Source: Muribaculaceae bacterium
Lineage (GTDB): Bacteria > Bacteroidota > Bacteroidia > Bacteroidales > Muribaculaceae
Length of the DNA stretch: 64,000 nt
Direction of reading: 5' to 3'
NCBI GenBank assembly: GCA_011959405.1
Contig: BLLX01000003.1
Coordinates: 1,017-65,016, forward strand
The notes under the pieces were generated by a model. That model had not been told where the DNA came from and searched no databases. It worked only from the letters and a program-made list of their open reading frames with translations. Positions 45,793-58,033 of the stretch are shown piece after piece; within the stretch, counting starts at the first letter, position 1, and each line of letters begins with the position of its first letter. A program made the position numbers and the translations under genes.

Positions 45793-47712
45793 TCAGAAAC
45801 GTATTTTGGTGGCTGATGATCCTTGTCTGCGTATATATATATGGCCGTAGACAGGGTCTGCCACTTCGACACCCTGGAGATTGTAGTAGCGTACAGGGGC
45901 ATCTGGATCGGCGTCGGCTTCTATATCTGTGATGGATGACGGATCTGAGGGTGTGTAGAGGACGGCGTTTTCAATGTAGCCTGTGGTGGTGTTGATCAGC
46001 AGGGCTATGTAATGGGCGTTTTTATAGTTTTTGACAGCAGTGCTTGACACCGAGCCACGGTGGGTGACAGGTTCGCCGGCGGTCACTGACGCTGGGATGG
46101 AGTTGGCCGTGCCGTTGTATGAACTGATAGCACGTGCCACGTCATTATACATGGTTGATACGTACGGTTCTTTGTCCTGCCATCCTTCCAAAGGCATGTT
46201 TTGCGAAAGGTAGCTGTAGTAGTTGGACTGGTTGTAAGGTCCGACTTCATCCTCGGTGATTACGTAGGCAAGGCGGTAGGTTGCGTTGGGTTCGCTGATG
46301 CCGAATGTCACCTTGGCATATATGTCGGTGGTGCGGGATTTGCGTTCGATCGAGTCGATTTCGACTTTGGCCACAGCCGGTCGGTTTACGATGTCGGCGT
46401 ATGCGGCCTTGAAGTTGTCGAAGTCTGGATCGATAATGCCGTAGTATCCTTTGTTGCGGTTGATGAGCGATGCGGGAAATCCGCCGCCAACGTTATTGAT
46501 GAGCGATGTGTAGGATGACGATGTCATCGGGTCGCGCTGAGTGGCGCTGTAGTTGCCATGGACAGCGATGGGTATGAACGTGCCGTCGCTATGGAGTTCT
46601 TTCATCTTTTCCATGCCGACTATGCCGCGGGGACACCAACCGCACCATGTGCCGGTGGCTTCTTCGACTACCATGTTGCGCTGGAATCCGTTTTCAGGGC
46701 TCAGAGACAGGAACGTTGTCGATGCGGAGGTCATGGTCTCGGGCGCTCCGTTTGGACGGCCGTTGACTGTAGATACTGTCGCTTCGAATTTCACGTTGTT
46801 GCCTTCCGCGGGATATGTGACCGGAAATGACACCACTGCGCTCACGCCGTAACCGATGGGTTGCGCGAGGTCGGCTGTGGCCGTCTGCGGCTCGCCATCT
46901 GCTATACGGTAGCTGATGCCTACGGACGTTATTTCGTTTGTTGCGGTGTTGGTGATTTCTATCTCGGCAGTAAATGGCTGTTCGGGATCGGTGGAGTAGG
47001 GGACGCCGATGGCAGAGAGTCGGCACATGTCGGTAGGCATTGATTCACCTTCGATAATCACCTTTACGCACGGGTATCCGTATTGGCTTGCCGGTCCGAC
47101 AGACCATCCGAAATCCCCGTAATCATCTGTCAGTCCATAGAAGCCGCCGGGTTCGTTGATGGCATCATGTCCGGGATATCCGTCGGCAGTCAGCGGATAT
47201 TCATCGGCCTCTTGCTGCTCGGCGATGAATCCGATGTAGAGCGGTTGGCCTTCTTCGATAGTGATGGGCGAAGCAAATTCATACGTGTTGTATTTTTTTG
47301 TGTTTGTGTAGTCCATCTGGCCGGTGGCTTTGGCGATGGGCGTTCCGTCTAATGTTTTAGTGCAGAACACCTCTATCGGGGCAGATGTTGTCGTTGTGCT
47401 TTTTGTGGAGCCGTTGGCCACGAGAACCGCTGTTATTTTGTTGCCAGCAAACATGGCCACGGTGGCAGCGTTCAACTGCAATGCTCCTCCTATGCGGGTG
47501 CCTTTTCCTGTGCCCATTGATATGCTTGGTTCCAGACAATATCCCACGGTCATCGTCTGAGTGGTGGCTTGTGCGCCGGATGTCTCGGTTTCAGCCGAAG
47601 GCACGATGTGGCTGATGTCGTGTACGGAGAGTTGTCCGGCGCTTGCGGCTGACAGTCCGGCGCCGGGAGAGAGGGCGGCGATAGCAAGTAAGCAATGTAA
47701 AAATTTGTTCAT
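45793..47712 (-). CDS. T9SS-secreted protein with a thioredoxin-like WCGWC motif (Omp28-related-like)
   Basis: Signal peptide present. The motif VVEEATGTWCGWCPRGIVGMEKM is one I associate with Omp28-related Bacteroidota proteins. The C-terminus RYYNLQGVEVADPVYGHIYIRRQGSSATKIRF resembles a T9SS CTD. Confidence 0.65.
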   Translation of the reverse strand: MNKFLHCLLAIAALSPGAGLSAASAGQLSVHDISHIVPSAETETSGAQATTQTMTVGYCLEPSISMGTGKGTRIGGALQLNAATVAMFAGNKITAVLVANGSTKSTTTTSAPIEVFCTKTLDGTPIAKATGQMDYTNTKKYNTYEFASPITIEEGQPLYIGFIAEQQEADEYPLTADGYPGHDAINEPGGFYGLTDDYGDFGWSVGPASQYGYPCVKVIIEGESMPTDMCRLSAIGVPYSTDPEQPFTAEIEITNTATNEITSVGISYRIADGEPQTATADLAQPIGYGVSAVVSFPVTYPAEGNNVKFEATVSTVNGRPNGAPETMTSASTTFLSLSPENGFQRNMVVEEATGTWCGWCPRGIVGMEKMKELHSDGTFIPIAVHGNYSATQRDPMTSSSYTSLINNVGGGFPASLINRNKGYYGIIDPDFDNFKAAYADIVNRPAVAKVEIDSIERKSRTTDIYAKVTFGISEPNATYRLAYVITEDEVGPYNQSNYYSYLSQNMPLEGWQDKEPYVSTMYNDVARAISSYNGTANSIPASVTAGEPVTHRGSVSSTAVKNYKNAHYIALLINTTTGYIENAVLYTPSDPSSITDIEADADPDAPVRYYNLQGVEVADPVYGHIYIRRQGSSATKIRF

Positions 47713-48404
47713 AATATATTGTTTTTAGGAGTGGTTGCTTGAAAGTCTTTGAGATATAATGGTGTCGAATATGCCACATCTATGAAATTTCCGTCACGGA
47801 AAGCTTTCTCGCTCAATGCAAGCATATCGGCGGCCAGAGGATTGATGTCTTCCACCCAGATGGCGTTGGGGTGGGAGATGACCGTACGGGCTTTTTCGAT
47901 GGCATTGCCCATGAACAGCAGGGGTCCCTGCTCCAGCAGCTCCCCGTAGGAATCCGGAGTAAGGATCATGGGCGCGGCAGGCATCAGTTCGCGTAGCCAC
48001 ATGTCAAGCACGCAGGTATAGACTTCCATGCGGCGTGCGTCGATCATGGGCGCGAATCTGGTCGACAGGTCTATGTTGAAATGATTAAACATGACATTGG
48101 TGGCCATGATATGGAGCGTGGGCACGCCGATCAGAGGTACGCCAAGAGCGTATGCCAGTCCTTTGGCTTCGGAGAGCCCGATGCGGAGCCCGGTGTAGCT
48201 GCCGGGTCCTATCGACACGGCTACGGCGTCGATTTTGCGTTCTTGTTCGCGTGCGGCGTCAAGGCACTGCTTGACGTAGCCGCCGATTAACTCTGCGTGA
48301 TTCCGTCCGTGAAGGTCGCGGAAATCGGCCAATACGGCCATATCGCCTGTCAGTGCCACCGAACAGCAGTCGGTAGAGGTCTCTATGTTTATTATGTTTG
48401 CCAC
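47709..48404 (-). CDS. tsaB: tRNA threonylcarbamoyladenosine biosynthesis protein TsaB
   Basis: IINIETSTDCCSVAL and GPGSYTGLRIG motifs. Length is 231 aa. Confidence 0.9.
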   Translation of the reverse strand: MANIINIETSTDCCSVALTGDMAVLADFRDLHGRNHAELIGGYVKQCLDAAREQERKIDAVAVSIGPGSYTGLRIGLSEAKGLAYALGVPLIGVPTLHIMATNVMFNHFNIDLSTRFAPMIDARRMEVYTCVLDMWLRELMPAAPMILTPDSYGELLEQGPLLFMGNAIEKARTVISHPNAIWVEDINPLAADMLALSEKAFRDGNFIDVAYSTPLYLKDFQATTPKNNIL

Positions 48405-48425
48405 TGATATGATTTGGATTGTTGA

Positions 48426-49289
48426 TTAACGGTCGGTCAGATCCGGCTGCATTGCCGACAATATGGTTATAGCCTGTCTGGCGGGAGCCGGATCGTGGAC
48501 CCGCAGGATTGATGCTCCACCCTGGAGCGCAAGCATGCCGGCCATGGCTGTGGCTGGCAATGCTTCCTCGGCGGTGATGCCGAGAAGTTTTGTGAGCATG
48601 GATTTGCGTGATATGCCGGCGAGCACTGGACGGTGAAACACGGTGAACGATTCCAGTTCTCGCATTATCTCCCAGTTCTGTTCAAGGGTCTTGGCAAATC
48701 CGAACCCGGGGTCAATAATGATGTCGTTGACTCCCATATCGGTCAGAAGGCTGATCTTTTCGGCGAAGAAACGAAGAAGTGCAGCCATCACACCGCCCTC
48801 TGCGGAATAATCTGAAAGCGACTGCATCGTCTCGGGGGTTCCTCTGGTGTGCATCATCACATACGGCACCTTAAGGGATGCGACGGTCTCATACATCATG
48901 GGGTCGAGTGTGCCGCCTGATATATCGTTGATGATATTGGCTCCGAACTCTTCGATGCAGCGGCGGGCCACATCAGCCCGGAAGGTGTCGACTGACACCG
49001 GTATGTCCGGATTCACGCTTCGTATGGCCCGCAATGCCATGGCGAGCCGGTCGGTCTCCTCTGTGGCGCTGACACTGTCGGAACCGGGCCGGGTGGAACA
49101 TGCGCCGGCATCGATTATGTCGGCTCCGTCGCTTATCATCCGCTCGGTGCGCCGGCATACTTCGGCCGTGCATGCCGCACGTGAGCCTGCATAAAATGAA
49201 TCAGGGGTGGCGTTGACTATGGCCATGACCGCAGGCCTGTCGAACACCGCAAGCTTTCCGCTTATATTTAAAGAAAATGGTTTGAACAT
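48426..49289 (-). CDS. folP: Dihydropteroate synthase
   Basis: MAIVNATPDSFY, DIIDAGACSTRPG and ILRVHD motifs. Confidence 0.93.
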   Translation of the reverse strand: MFKPFSLNISGKLAVFDRPAVMAIVNATPDSFYAGSRAACTAEVCRRTERMISDGADIIDAGACSTRPGSDSVSATEETDRLAMALRAIRSVNPDIPVSVDTFRADVARRCIEEFGANIINDISGGTLDPMMYETVASLKVPYVMMHTRGTPETMQSLSDYSAEGGVMAALLRFFAEKISLLTDMGVNDIIIDPGFGFAKTLEQNWEIMRELESFTVFHRPVLAGISRKSMLTKLLGITAEEALPATAMAGMLALQGGASILRVHDPAPARQAITILSAMQPDLTDR

Positions 49290-49297
49290 ATTTGTGG

Positions 49298-49305
49298 CAA
49301 AGTTA
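49298..49305 (-). promoter_or_regulatory. -7 box TAACTTTG, 8 nt from the folP ATG
   Basis: Reverse-complement TAnnTTTG match. Confidence 0.5.
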
Positions 49306-49349
49306 CAAAGAAAAAATGGAGCGAGTGTTGAGAATTTATAAAAAACACG

Positions 49350-49357
49350 TAACTTTG
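49350..49357 (+). promoter_or_regulatory. -7 box TAACTTTG for the dedA-rpe-rpiB cluster
   Basis: TAnnTTTG match 25 nt upstream of the ATG at 49383. Confidence 0.55.
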
Positions 49358-49382
49358 CGGAGTAAAAATCAGTTTATATACT

Positions 49383-50045
49383 ATGATAGAATTATCGATT
49401 TTTGACGCGTCATATCTGTTTCAGATAGTCTGGGAACACATGAGCTATTTCTATGTGTTCCTTTTTATGACCATCGAGAGTTCGTTTATCCCCTTTCCGA
49501 GCGAGATTGTTGTGCCGCCGGCTGCTTATATTGCGGCTACGGAGGGCACCATGAGCGTATGGGGAGTGGGGAGCGCCGCGACTCTTGGGGCGTTGGCGGG
49601 GTCTCTGATCAATTACGGTCTTGCAATATGGATCGGTCGTCCTATCATTTATAAGTTTGCTGATAGCCGTCTCGGGTCTATCTGTATGATAAATCCGGAG
49701 AAAGTTGAGCGCGCTGAAAAGTATTTTGACAAACATGGCGCCGTGTCGACGTTTATCGGCCGTCTTATCCCTGTGATACGTCAGCTGATAAGCCTGCCTG
49801 CCGGTCTGGCCCGCATGAATCTCGGAAAATTCGTGATATTCACAACAGCCGGAGCCGCTATCTGGAATGTGATCCTGTGCTGGCTCGGGTGGTTTCTTGC
49901 TCAGTTCGTAAGTAAGGACCGGTTGTTTGAGAAGATAGAATACTACAATGACTATATATCGATGGTGGGCTATGCCATAGGTGTTGTGTGCGTGTTTTTC
50001 ATAGTGTGGAACTTGTTCAAGCCCAAAGCTACCCCCCAATTGTAA
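49383..50045 (+). CDS. DedA family membrane protein
   Basis: DedA/SNARE-associated pattern (FIPFPSEIVVPPAAY; FIGRLIPVIRQLISLPAG). Confidence 0.85.
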   Translation: MIELSIFDASYLFQIVWEHMSYFYVFLFMTIESSFIPFPSEIVVPPAAYIAATEGTMSVWGVGSAATLGALAGSLINYGLAIWIGRPIIYKFADSRLGSICMINPEKVERAEKYFDKHGAVSTFIGRLIPVIRQLISLPAGLARMNLGKFVIFTTAGAAIWNVILCWLGWFLAQFVSKDRLFEKIEYYNDYISMVGYAIGVVCVFFIVWNLFKPKATPQL

Positions 50046-50692
50046 TGACTAAAGTAAGTCCTTCGCTTCTTTCGGCTGATTTCGGCCGCCTTAATCAGGA
50101 TGTGGAAATGGTGAACCGCAGTGAGGCGGCGTTGTTGCATCTTGATGTGATGGATGGCCGGTTTGTGCCCAATATATCATTCGGATTCCCGGTCATTGAA
50201 GCTGTGTCGCGTGTAAGTGTCAAGCCGCTTGACGTGCATCTGATGATTGTCGAGCCGGACCGTTGGGTGAGCCGTGTGCGCGACACCGGTGCGGCCATAA
50301 TGAATGTACATGCTGAAGCCTGTACTCATCTTCACCGTACGGTCCAGGCCATCCGGGCTGCCGGAATGAAGGCGGCTGTCACGCTCAATCCGGCCACTCC
50401 GGTAGGGTGTCTTGAGGAGATTGTTGCCGATTTGGATATGGTGTTGCTGATGTCGGTAAATCCCGGTTTCGGAGGACAGAAGTTTATCGAACGTACGGTC
50501 GAGAAAACAAGAAAACTCAAGAAACTTATTGCCGATTCAGGATCGCATGCCGAGATAGAGATAGACGGAGGTGTGAATCTGGAGACAGGACGCCGTCTGG
50601 TTGAAGCCGGAGCCGATATACTTGTAGCCGGAAGCTATGTGTTTGGCGCAGAGGATCCGGAAGCGGTGATAGCCGGTCTTGCGGCATTGTAG
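50045..50692 (+). CDS. rpe: Ribulose-phosphate 3-epimerase
   Basis: SPSLLSADFGRL, LHLDVMDGRFVPN and MSVNPGFGGQKF motifs. The ATG at 50045 overlaps the dedA stop codon (TAATG). Confidence 0.94.
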   Translation: MTKVSPSLLSADFGRLNQDVEMVNRSEAALLHLDVMDGRFVPNISFGFPVIEAVSRVSVKPLDVHLMIVEPDRWVSRVRDTGAAIMNVHAEACTHLHRTVQAIRAAGMKAAVTLNPATPVGCLEEIVADLDMVLLMSVNPGFGGQKFIERTVEKTRKLKKLIADSGSHAEIEIDGGVNLETGRRLVEAGADILVAGSYVFGAEDPEAVIAGLAAL

Positions 50693-50732
50693 AGATAGTA
50701 GCAGATTTATCACTGTTTTTATTGATTATAAG

Positions 50733-51161
50733 ATGATAGGCATATGCAGCGATCATGCCGGCTTTGAGCTTAAAAGCGCGGTTATGGCACATCTCCGGAC
50801 CAAGGGGATTGAAGTGAAAGATTTTGGCACGTACAGTACAGGCAGTTGCGATTATCCCGATTTCGCGCATCCGTGTGCCGAAGCGCTTGAAAAAGGAGAG
50901 ATTTATCCTGCCATAGCTATGTGCGGGTCGGGCAACGGCATTGCCATGACTCTCAACAAACATCAGGGTGTGCGTGCGGCTATTTGCTGGCTGCCTGAGC
51001 TTGCGGAGCTTGCACGTCAGCACAATGATGCCAATTGTCTGGTGCTTCCGGCTCGTTTTATTGACGAAAAAATGGCGCTTGAGCTTGTTGACCTGTTTCT
51101 GGCAGCAGGATTTGAAGGTGGCAGGCATGTCGGACGTGTGGAGAAGATCGCCTGTCGGTAA
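50733..51161 (+). CDS. rpiB: Ribose 5-phosphate isomerase B
   Basis: MIGICSDHAGFELK and CGSGNGIAMTLNKH motifs. I prefer the ATG at 50733. Confidence 0.92.
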   Translation: MIGICSDHAGFELKSAVMAHLRTKGIEVKDFGTYSTGSCDYPDFAHPCAEALEKGEIYPAIAMCGSGNGIAMTLNKHQGVRAAICWLPELAELARQHNDANCLVLPARFIDEKMALELVDLFLAAGFEGGRHVGRVEKIACR

Positions 51162-51181
51162 CGGTTAAGACCGCATAAGCA

Positions 51182-51796
51182 ATGTTTCTTTATATCGTGG
51201 AGATGGTGGGGGCTTTCGCTGCCGCCATATCCGGGATCAGGCTGGCCTCGATGAAGAGGTTTGACTGGTTCGGCGCTTATATTGTGGGTCTTGTCACTGC
51301 TCTTGGTGGCGGAACGTTGCGCGATGTTTTGCTTGATATTCCCGTTTTCTGGACCCGATCGTGGGATTATTTTGCTGTCACGGGCATATCCATGTCTGTT
51401 GTGATCGCGTTTCAGAAGCAGTTGGTAAGGCGTCTGAATATGTTGCTCGTGTTTGATGCCGTAGGTCTGGCCATGTTTACGGTCATAGGCGTGGAAAAGA
51501 CGCTGGCTATCGGGCTGCCCATGTGGGTCGCTATTGCCATGGGGCTGATAACCGGGGCTTTCGGCGGTGTGCTGAGGGATATTCTGATCAACGAGGAACC
51601 ATTGATTTTCCGCAAGGATATTTATGCCATGGCGTGTCTGCTTGGCGGTGTTGCCTACGGTGTGGTCATGGCCTTTGGCGGCAATGCGGTGGCTTGTGGC
51701 GTTGCGTGCGCCGTGGTGACCCTGACGGTGCGCGTGCTGGCGCTGAGATTCGGATGGCATCTTCCGATGATGCATCCCGATGATGATGGTGAATAA
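51182..51796 (+). CDS. Trimeric intracellular cation channel (UPF0126/YadS) family protein
   Basis: The UPF0126 motif is duplicated (GGGTLRDVL and FGGVLRDIL), with 7 TM segments. Confidence 0.85.
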   Translation: MFLYIVEMVGAFAAAISGIRLASMKRFDWFGAYIVGLVTALGGGTLRDVLLDIPVFWTRSWDYFAVTGISMSVVIAFQKQLVRRLNMLLVFDAVGLAMFTVIGVEKTLAIGLPMWVAIAMGLITGAFGGVLRDILINEEPLIFRKDIYAMACLLGGVAYGVVMAFGGNAVACGVACAVVTLTVRVLALRFGWHLPMMHPDDDGE

Positions 51797-51845
51797 AAAA
51801 ACGCTCATGGCCACGGAAAAGTTTGGCAATTAGCAAAATAAATCG

Positions 51846-51853
51846 TATCTTTG
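51846..51853 (+). promoter_or_regulatory. -7 box TATCTTTG with a -33-like TTTG (51822-51825) for the ribosomal protein cluster
   Basis: TAnnTTTG match with an upstream TTTG at a 20-nt spacing, 145 nt upstream of rpsL. Confidence 0.6.
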
Positions 51854-51998
51854 CAGTGCTTTTCGAAGCATGTTGTCGCGTTGCGTTCGCTTAACTTCTT
51901 AAAGGATAGAGCGATGCGTAGCGTGTATAGTGTGTGGAAGCAGATATAAACTATAGATATAAACCAACAATAACCAACAAAACCTAAGACAAACTAAG

Positions 51999-52403
51999 AT
52001 GCCTACTATTCAGCAATTAGTACGTAAAGGCCGCGTGGCTCTGACCGACAAAAGCAAGTCGCCCGCTCTGGACAGCTGCCCTCAGCGTCGCGGCGTGTGT
52101 GTGCGAGTCTACACCACCACTCCTAAAAAACCTAACTCGGCAATGCGTAAGGTGGCTCGTGTGCGCCTGACCAACGGTAAGGAAGTCAACAGCTACATTC
52201 CGGGCGAAGGTCACAATCTTCAGGAGCACTCCATCGTGCTGGTGCGCGGCGGTCGTGTGAAGGACCTTCCCGGTGTTCGCTACCATATCGTGCGCGGTAC
52301 TCTGGACACACAGGGTGTTAAGGATCGCACACAGCGTCGCTCGAAATACGGTGCCAAGCGTCCGAAGCCGGGTGCAGCTCCTGCTGCAAAGGGTAAGAAG
52401 TAA
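51999..52403 (+). CDS. rpsL: 30S ribosomal protein S12
   Basis: [12 protein letters not shown]...[19 protein letters not shown]. Confidence 0.98.
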   Translation: MPTIQQLVRKGRVALTDKSKSPALDSCPQRRGVCVRVYTTTPKKPNSAMRKVARVRLTNGKEVNSYIPGEGHNLQEHSIVLVRGGRVKDLPGVRYHIVRGTLDTQGVKDRTQRRSKYGAKRPKPGAAPAAKGKK

Positions 52404-52585
52404 GCCCCAGCGTACTGAAAAGACAAACAATCGAACAAAACAACAAACAGTAACCAGTCGTTCGTTTCGTTTGGTCGGCTAAATAAATATCGCAGGTTGA
52501 GTAAATGATGCCGGAGGGTATCGTTGAAGATTACAGAAAGATAAGCAGCCACCCCGAAAACTGAAGACATAATTCTGAACAAGAA

Positions 52586-53062
52586 ATGAGAAAGGCAAAG
52601 CCTAAGAAACGGGTAGTTCTTCCCGATCCCGTGTTCAATGACGTGAAAGTCACCAAATTTGTTAACCATCTGATGTATGATGGCAAGAAGAACACGGCGT
52701 TCACCATATTCTATTCGGCTCTTGAAACCGTCAAGTCCAAACTGCCCAATGAAGAGAAAAGCTCCCTCGAAATCTGGAAGCAGGCTCTCGAAAATGTGAC
52801 TCCTCTGGTGGAGGTGAAGTCCCGCCGTGTAGGTGGTGCCACTTTCCAGGTCCCCACAGAGATCCGTCCGGACCGCAAGGAGTCAATCTCAATGAAAAAC
52901 CTTATTATCTACGCCCGTAAGCGCGGCGGCAAGACTATGGCCGACAAGCTTGCTGCTGAAATTGTTGACGCTTTCAATGAACAGGGCGGTGCGTTCAAGC
53001 GCAAAGAAGATATGCATAAGATGGCCGAGGCCAACCGCGCGTTCGCTCACTTCCGTTTTTAA
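52586..53062 (+). CDS. rpsG: 30S ribosomal protein S7
   Basis: Typical S7 sequence, 158 aa. Confidence 0.98.
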   Translation: MRKAKPKKRVVLPDPVFNDVKVTKFVNHLMYDGKKNTAFTIFYSALETVKSKLPNEEKSSLEIWKQALENVTPLVEVKSRRVGGATFQVPTEIRPDRKESISMKNLIIYARKRGGKTMADKLAAEIVDAFNEQGGAFKRKEDMHKMAEANRAFAHFRF

Positions 53063-53085
53063 TCAACTGAACAACTAAAACGAAA

Positions 53086-55206
<2,121 letters not shown>

Positions 55207-55235
55207 TGAACAATAAGAAAAAAGCATAGCAAAAT

Positions 55236-55541
55236 ATGAGCCAGAAAATCAGAATTAAACTGAAATCTTACGATCACAACTTGGTGGACAAGTCGGCCGA
55301 GAAAATCGTCAAGACCGTGAAGGCTACAGGTGCGATCATCAGCGGTCCCATACCCCTGCCCACCCACAAGCGCATCTTCACAGTGAACCGCTCCACCTTC
55401 GTCAACAAAAAGAGCCGTGAGCAGTTCCAGCTCTCTTCGTTCAAGCGTCTCATCGATATCTACAACGCCACCAACAAGACTGTTGACGCGCTGATGAAAC
55501 TTGAACTTCCCAGCGGCGTTGACGTGGAAATCAAAGTGTGA
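55236..55541 (+). CDS. rpsJ: 30S ribosomal protein S10
   Basis: [14 protein letters not shown]... 101 aa. Confidence 0.98.
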   Translation: MSQKIRIKLKSYDHNLVDKSAEKIVKTVKATGAIISGPIPLPTHKRIFTVNRSTFVNKKSREQFQLSSFKRLIDIYNATNKTVDALMKLELPSGVDVEIKV

Positions 55542-55612
55542 TCCCTGTCGCTGTGAACACCTCAAAATATAAAAGACCAAATTCATATCAACAACTATAA
55601 ACTACCAAAGAA

Positions 55613-56230
55613 ATGCCAGGATTAATTGGAAAGAAAATCGGAATGACATCCGTTTTCAGTGCCGACGGCAAGAACGTGCCGTGCACTGTTATCGAAGTAG
55701 GCCCTTGTGTAGTTACCCAGGTTAAAACTGTAGAGACCGACGGTTATGCCGCCCTTCAGCTCGGATTCGAGGACAAGAAGGACAAGCACACCACCAAGCC
55801 TATGGCCGGTCACTTCAAGAAAGCCGGTGTGACACCCCAGCGCCACTTGGCCGAGTTCAAAGGTTTCGAAGGCGAGCACCAGCTCGGCGAAACCATCACT
55901 GTGGAGATCTTCGAAGAAGGTGGCTATGTCGACATCGTCGGCACCTCCAAAGGTAAAGGCTACCAGGGCGTAGTGAAGCGTCACGGCTTCGGCGGTGTGG
56001 GTCAGAGCACTCACGGCCAGCACAACCGTCTGCGTGCCCCCGGTTCCGTGGGCGCCTGCTCCTATCCCGCAAAAGTGTTCAAGGGCATGCGTATGGCCGG
56101 CCAGATGGGCAACGAGCGCGTTACCGTGCAAAACCTCCAGGTACTGAAGGTTATCCCCGAACACAACGTTCTCATGATCAAGGGTTCGATTCCCGGAAGT
56201 AAAGGTTCAATCGTAATTATCGAAAAGTAA
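55613..56230 (+). CDS. rplC: 50S ribosomal protein L3
   Basis: [15 protein letters not shown]... 205 aa. Confidence 0.98.
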   Translation: MPGLIGKKIGMTSVFSADGKNVPCTVIEVGPCVVTQVKTVETDGYAALQLGFEDKKDKHTTKPMAGHFKKAGVTPQRHLAEFKGFEGEHQLGETITVEIFEEGGYVDIVGTSKGKGYQGVVKRHGFGGVGQSTHGQHNRLRAPGSVGACSYPAKVFKGMRMAGQMGNERVTVQNLQVLKVIPEHNVLMIKGSIPGSKGSIVIIEK

Positions 56231-56233
56231 GCA

Positions 56234-56854
56234 ATGGAACTCGCAGTATACAACATCAAGGGTGAAGACACCGGTCGTAAGGTGACTCTGAGCGACGAAG
56301 TCTTCGGCATTGACGTCAACGAGCACGCTGTATGGCTCGATGTAAAGCAATTTCTTGCAAACCAGCGTCAAGGCACTCACAAGTCAAAGGAACGTAGCGA
56401 GATCTCCGGCTCAACCCGTAAGCTCCACAAGCAGAAAGGCGGCGGCGGCTCTCGTATCGGCGACATCAATTCGCCCGTACTCGTAGGTGGCGGCCGTGTG
56501 TTCGGTCCCCGTCCCCGTGACTACCGTTTCAAACTCAACAAAAAAGTGAAACAGCTCGCACGCAAGAGCGCGCTCACTTCCAAACTCGCTGATCAGCAGA
56601 TCGTGGTGGTGGAAGACTTCACTTTCGCAGCCCCCAAAACTAAAGACTTCTTAAATGTTGTTAAAAATCTGAAACTCGACAATAAGAAAGTTCTTTTGGT
56701 TTTCCCGTCTGTGGATAAAAACGTATCTTTGTCACTCCGTAATGTGCCCGGTGCCCGCTTCATGGCGGCTGCCGACCTTAACACGTATTCTATCCTCAAC
56801 AACAACGCGCTGATTCTTTCTGAAGCCAGCGTTGAAGTTGTGAATAATCTTTAA
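56234..56854 (+). CDS. rplD: 50S ribosomal protein L4
   Basis: Operon position and an L4-like sequence, 206 aa. Confidence 0.96.
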   Translation: MELAVYNIKGEDTGRKVTLSDEVFGIDVNEHAVWLDVKQFLANQRQGTHKSKERSEISGSTRKLHKQKGGGGSRIGDINSPVLVGGGRVFGPRPRDYRFKLNKKVKQLARKSALTSKLADQQIVVVEDFTFAAPKTKDFLNVVKNLKLDNKKVLLVFPSVDKNVSLSLRNVPGARFMAAADLNTYSILNNNALILSEASVEVVNNL

Positions 56855-56877
56855 CCGATCAAGCTCCAGAACGAACA

Positions 56878-57168
56878 ATGGAAATCAGCATCAAACCAAT
56901 TGTGACCGAGAAGGCTACCAAGCTCACCGAGGCACTCAACCGCTACACCTTCCGCGTTTCGCCCGAGACCAACAAGACTCAGATCAAGTCTATGGTTGAG
57001 GAGCTTTATGGCGTGAAGGTAACAAAAGTGAACACCATGATCGTGCGTCGCAAGCGCAAACAGCGCTACACCAAGGGCGGCCTTATCAAAGGCACCACTT
57101 CCCTCTGGAAAAAAGCTATCGTTAGCGTGGCCGACGGTCAGGTAATTGACTTCTACAGCAATATCTAA
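56878..57168 (+). CDS. rplW: 50S ribosomal protein L23
   Basis: IKPIVTEKATKL... 96 aa. Confidence 0.97.
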   Translation: MEISIKPIVTEKATKLTEALNRYTFRVSPETNKTQIKSMVEELYGVKVTKVNTMIVRRKRKQRYTKGGLIKGTTSLWKKAIVSVADGQVIDFYSNI

Positions 57169-57178
57169 CAGTTAAATA

Positions 57179-58006
57179 ATGGCAGTAAGAAAATTCAAGC
57201 CCACAACTCCCGGGCAACGACACAAAGTTATCGGCGTATTCAAAGGTACAATCACTGCTACAACGCCGGAAAAATCTCTTACAGTCGGTAAAAAATCCAC
57301 CGGCGGCCGCAATGCCGAAGGTCATCTCACCACTCGCTACCTTGGTGGTGGTCACAAAAGGGCTTACCGTATCATTGACTTTAAGAGAAACAAAGACGGA
57401 GTTCCTGCCGTAGTAAAATCGATCGAGTATGACCCCAACCGCTCTGCCCGCATCGCTCTGCTTTACTATGTAGACGGAACAAAAACTTACATTATCGCAC
57501 CCAACGGACTCGAAGTTGGCGCAACTGTGGTGAGCGGACCCGACGCAGCCCCCGAAGTGGGCAACTGTCTTCCGCTGAACAAAATCCCGGTTGGTACCGT
57601 GATCCACGCCATCGAGCTGCGTCCCGGCCAGGGAGCCTTTATGGCCCGCTCAGCCGGCACGTTCGCACAGCTGGTGTCACGCGAAGGCAACTACGCTATC
57701 GTAAAACTGCCCTCGGGTGAAACCCGCAAAATCCTTGCAACCTGCAAAGCTACAGTAGGCGTTGTGGGCAACAGCGAGCACTCCCTCGAGCGCTCCGGTA
57801 AAGCCGGCCGCTCACGCTGGCTCGGCCGCCGTCCCCGCAACCGCGGCGTAGTCATGAACCCTGTGGACCACCCGATGGGTGGTGGTGAAGGCCGCGCTTC
57901 CGGTGGTCATCCCCGTTCACGCAAGGGCTTGTACTCGAAGGGCCTCAAGACCCGTGCACCTAAGAAGCACTCGTCGAAGTACATTATTGAAAGAAGAAAG
58001 AAGTAA
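57179..58006 (+). CDS. rplB: 50S ribosomal protein L2
   Basis: [15 protein letters not shown]... 275 aa. Confidence 0.98.
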   Translation: MAVRKFKPTTPGQRHKVIGVFKGTITATTPEKSLTVGKKSTGGRNAEGHLTTRYLGGGHKRAYRIIDFKRNKDGVPAVVKSIEYDPNRSARIALLYYVDGTKTYIIAPNGLEVGATVVSGPDAAPEVGNCLPLNKIPVGTVIHAIELRPGQGAFMARSAGTFAQLVSREGNYAIVKLPSGETRKILATCKATVGVVGNSEHSLERSGKAGRSRWLGRRPRNRGVVMNPVDHPMGGGEGRASGGHPRSRKGLYSKGLKTRAPKKHSSKYIIERRKK

Positions 58007-58033
58007 CGTGAACCAAACTGACAGTATCTAAAC

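Noticed and set aside
49410-51829. Minus-strand ORFs of 200-270 aa opposite dedA, rpiB and the UPF0126 gene (49410-50039, 50526-51128, 51017-51829).
   Set aside because: The sense-strand genes are confidently identified. The antisense translations are His/Arg/Gln-rich, with no motifs or promoters.
52505-52564. A 19-codon ORF (MMPEGIVEDYRKISSHPEN) in the rpsL-rpsG spacer.
   Set aside because: It is very short, nothing supports translation, and there is no leader-peptide-like codon pattern. It is mentioned only under the spacer finding.
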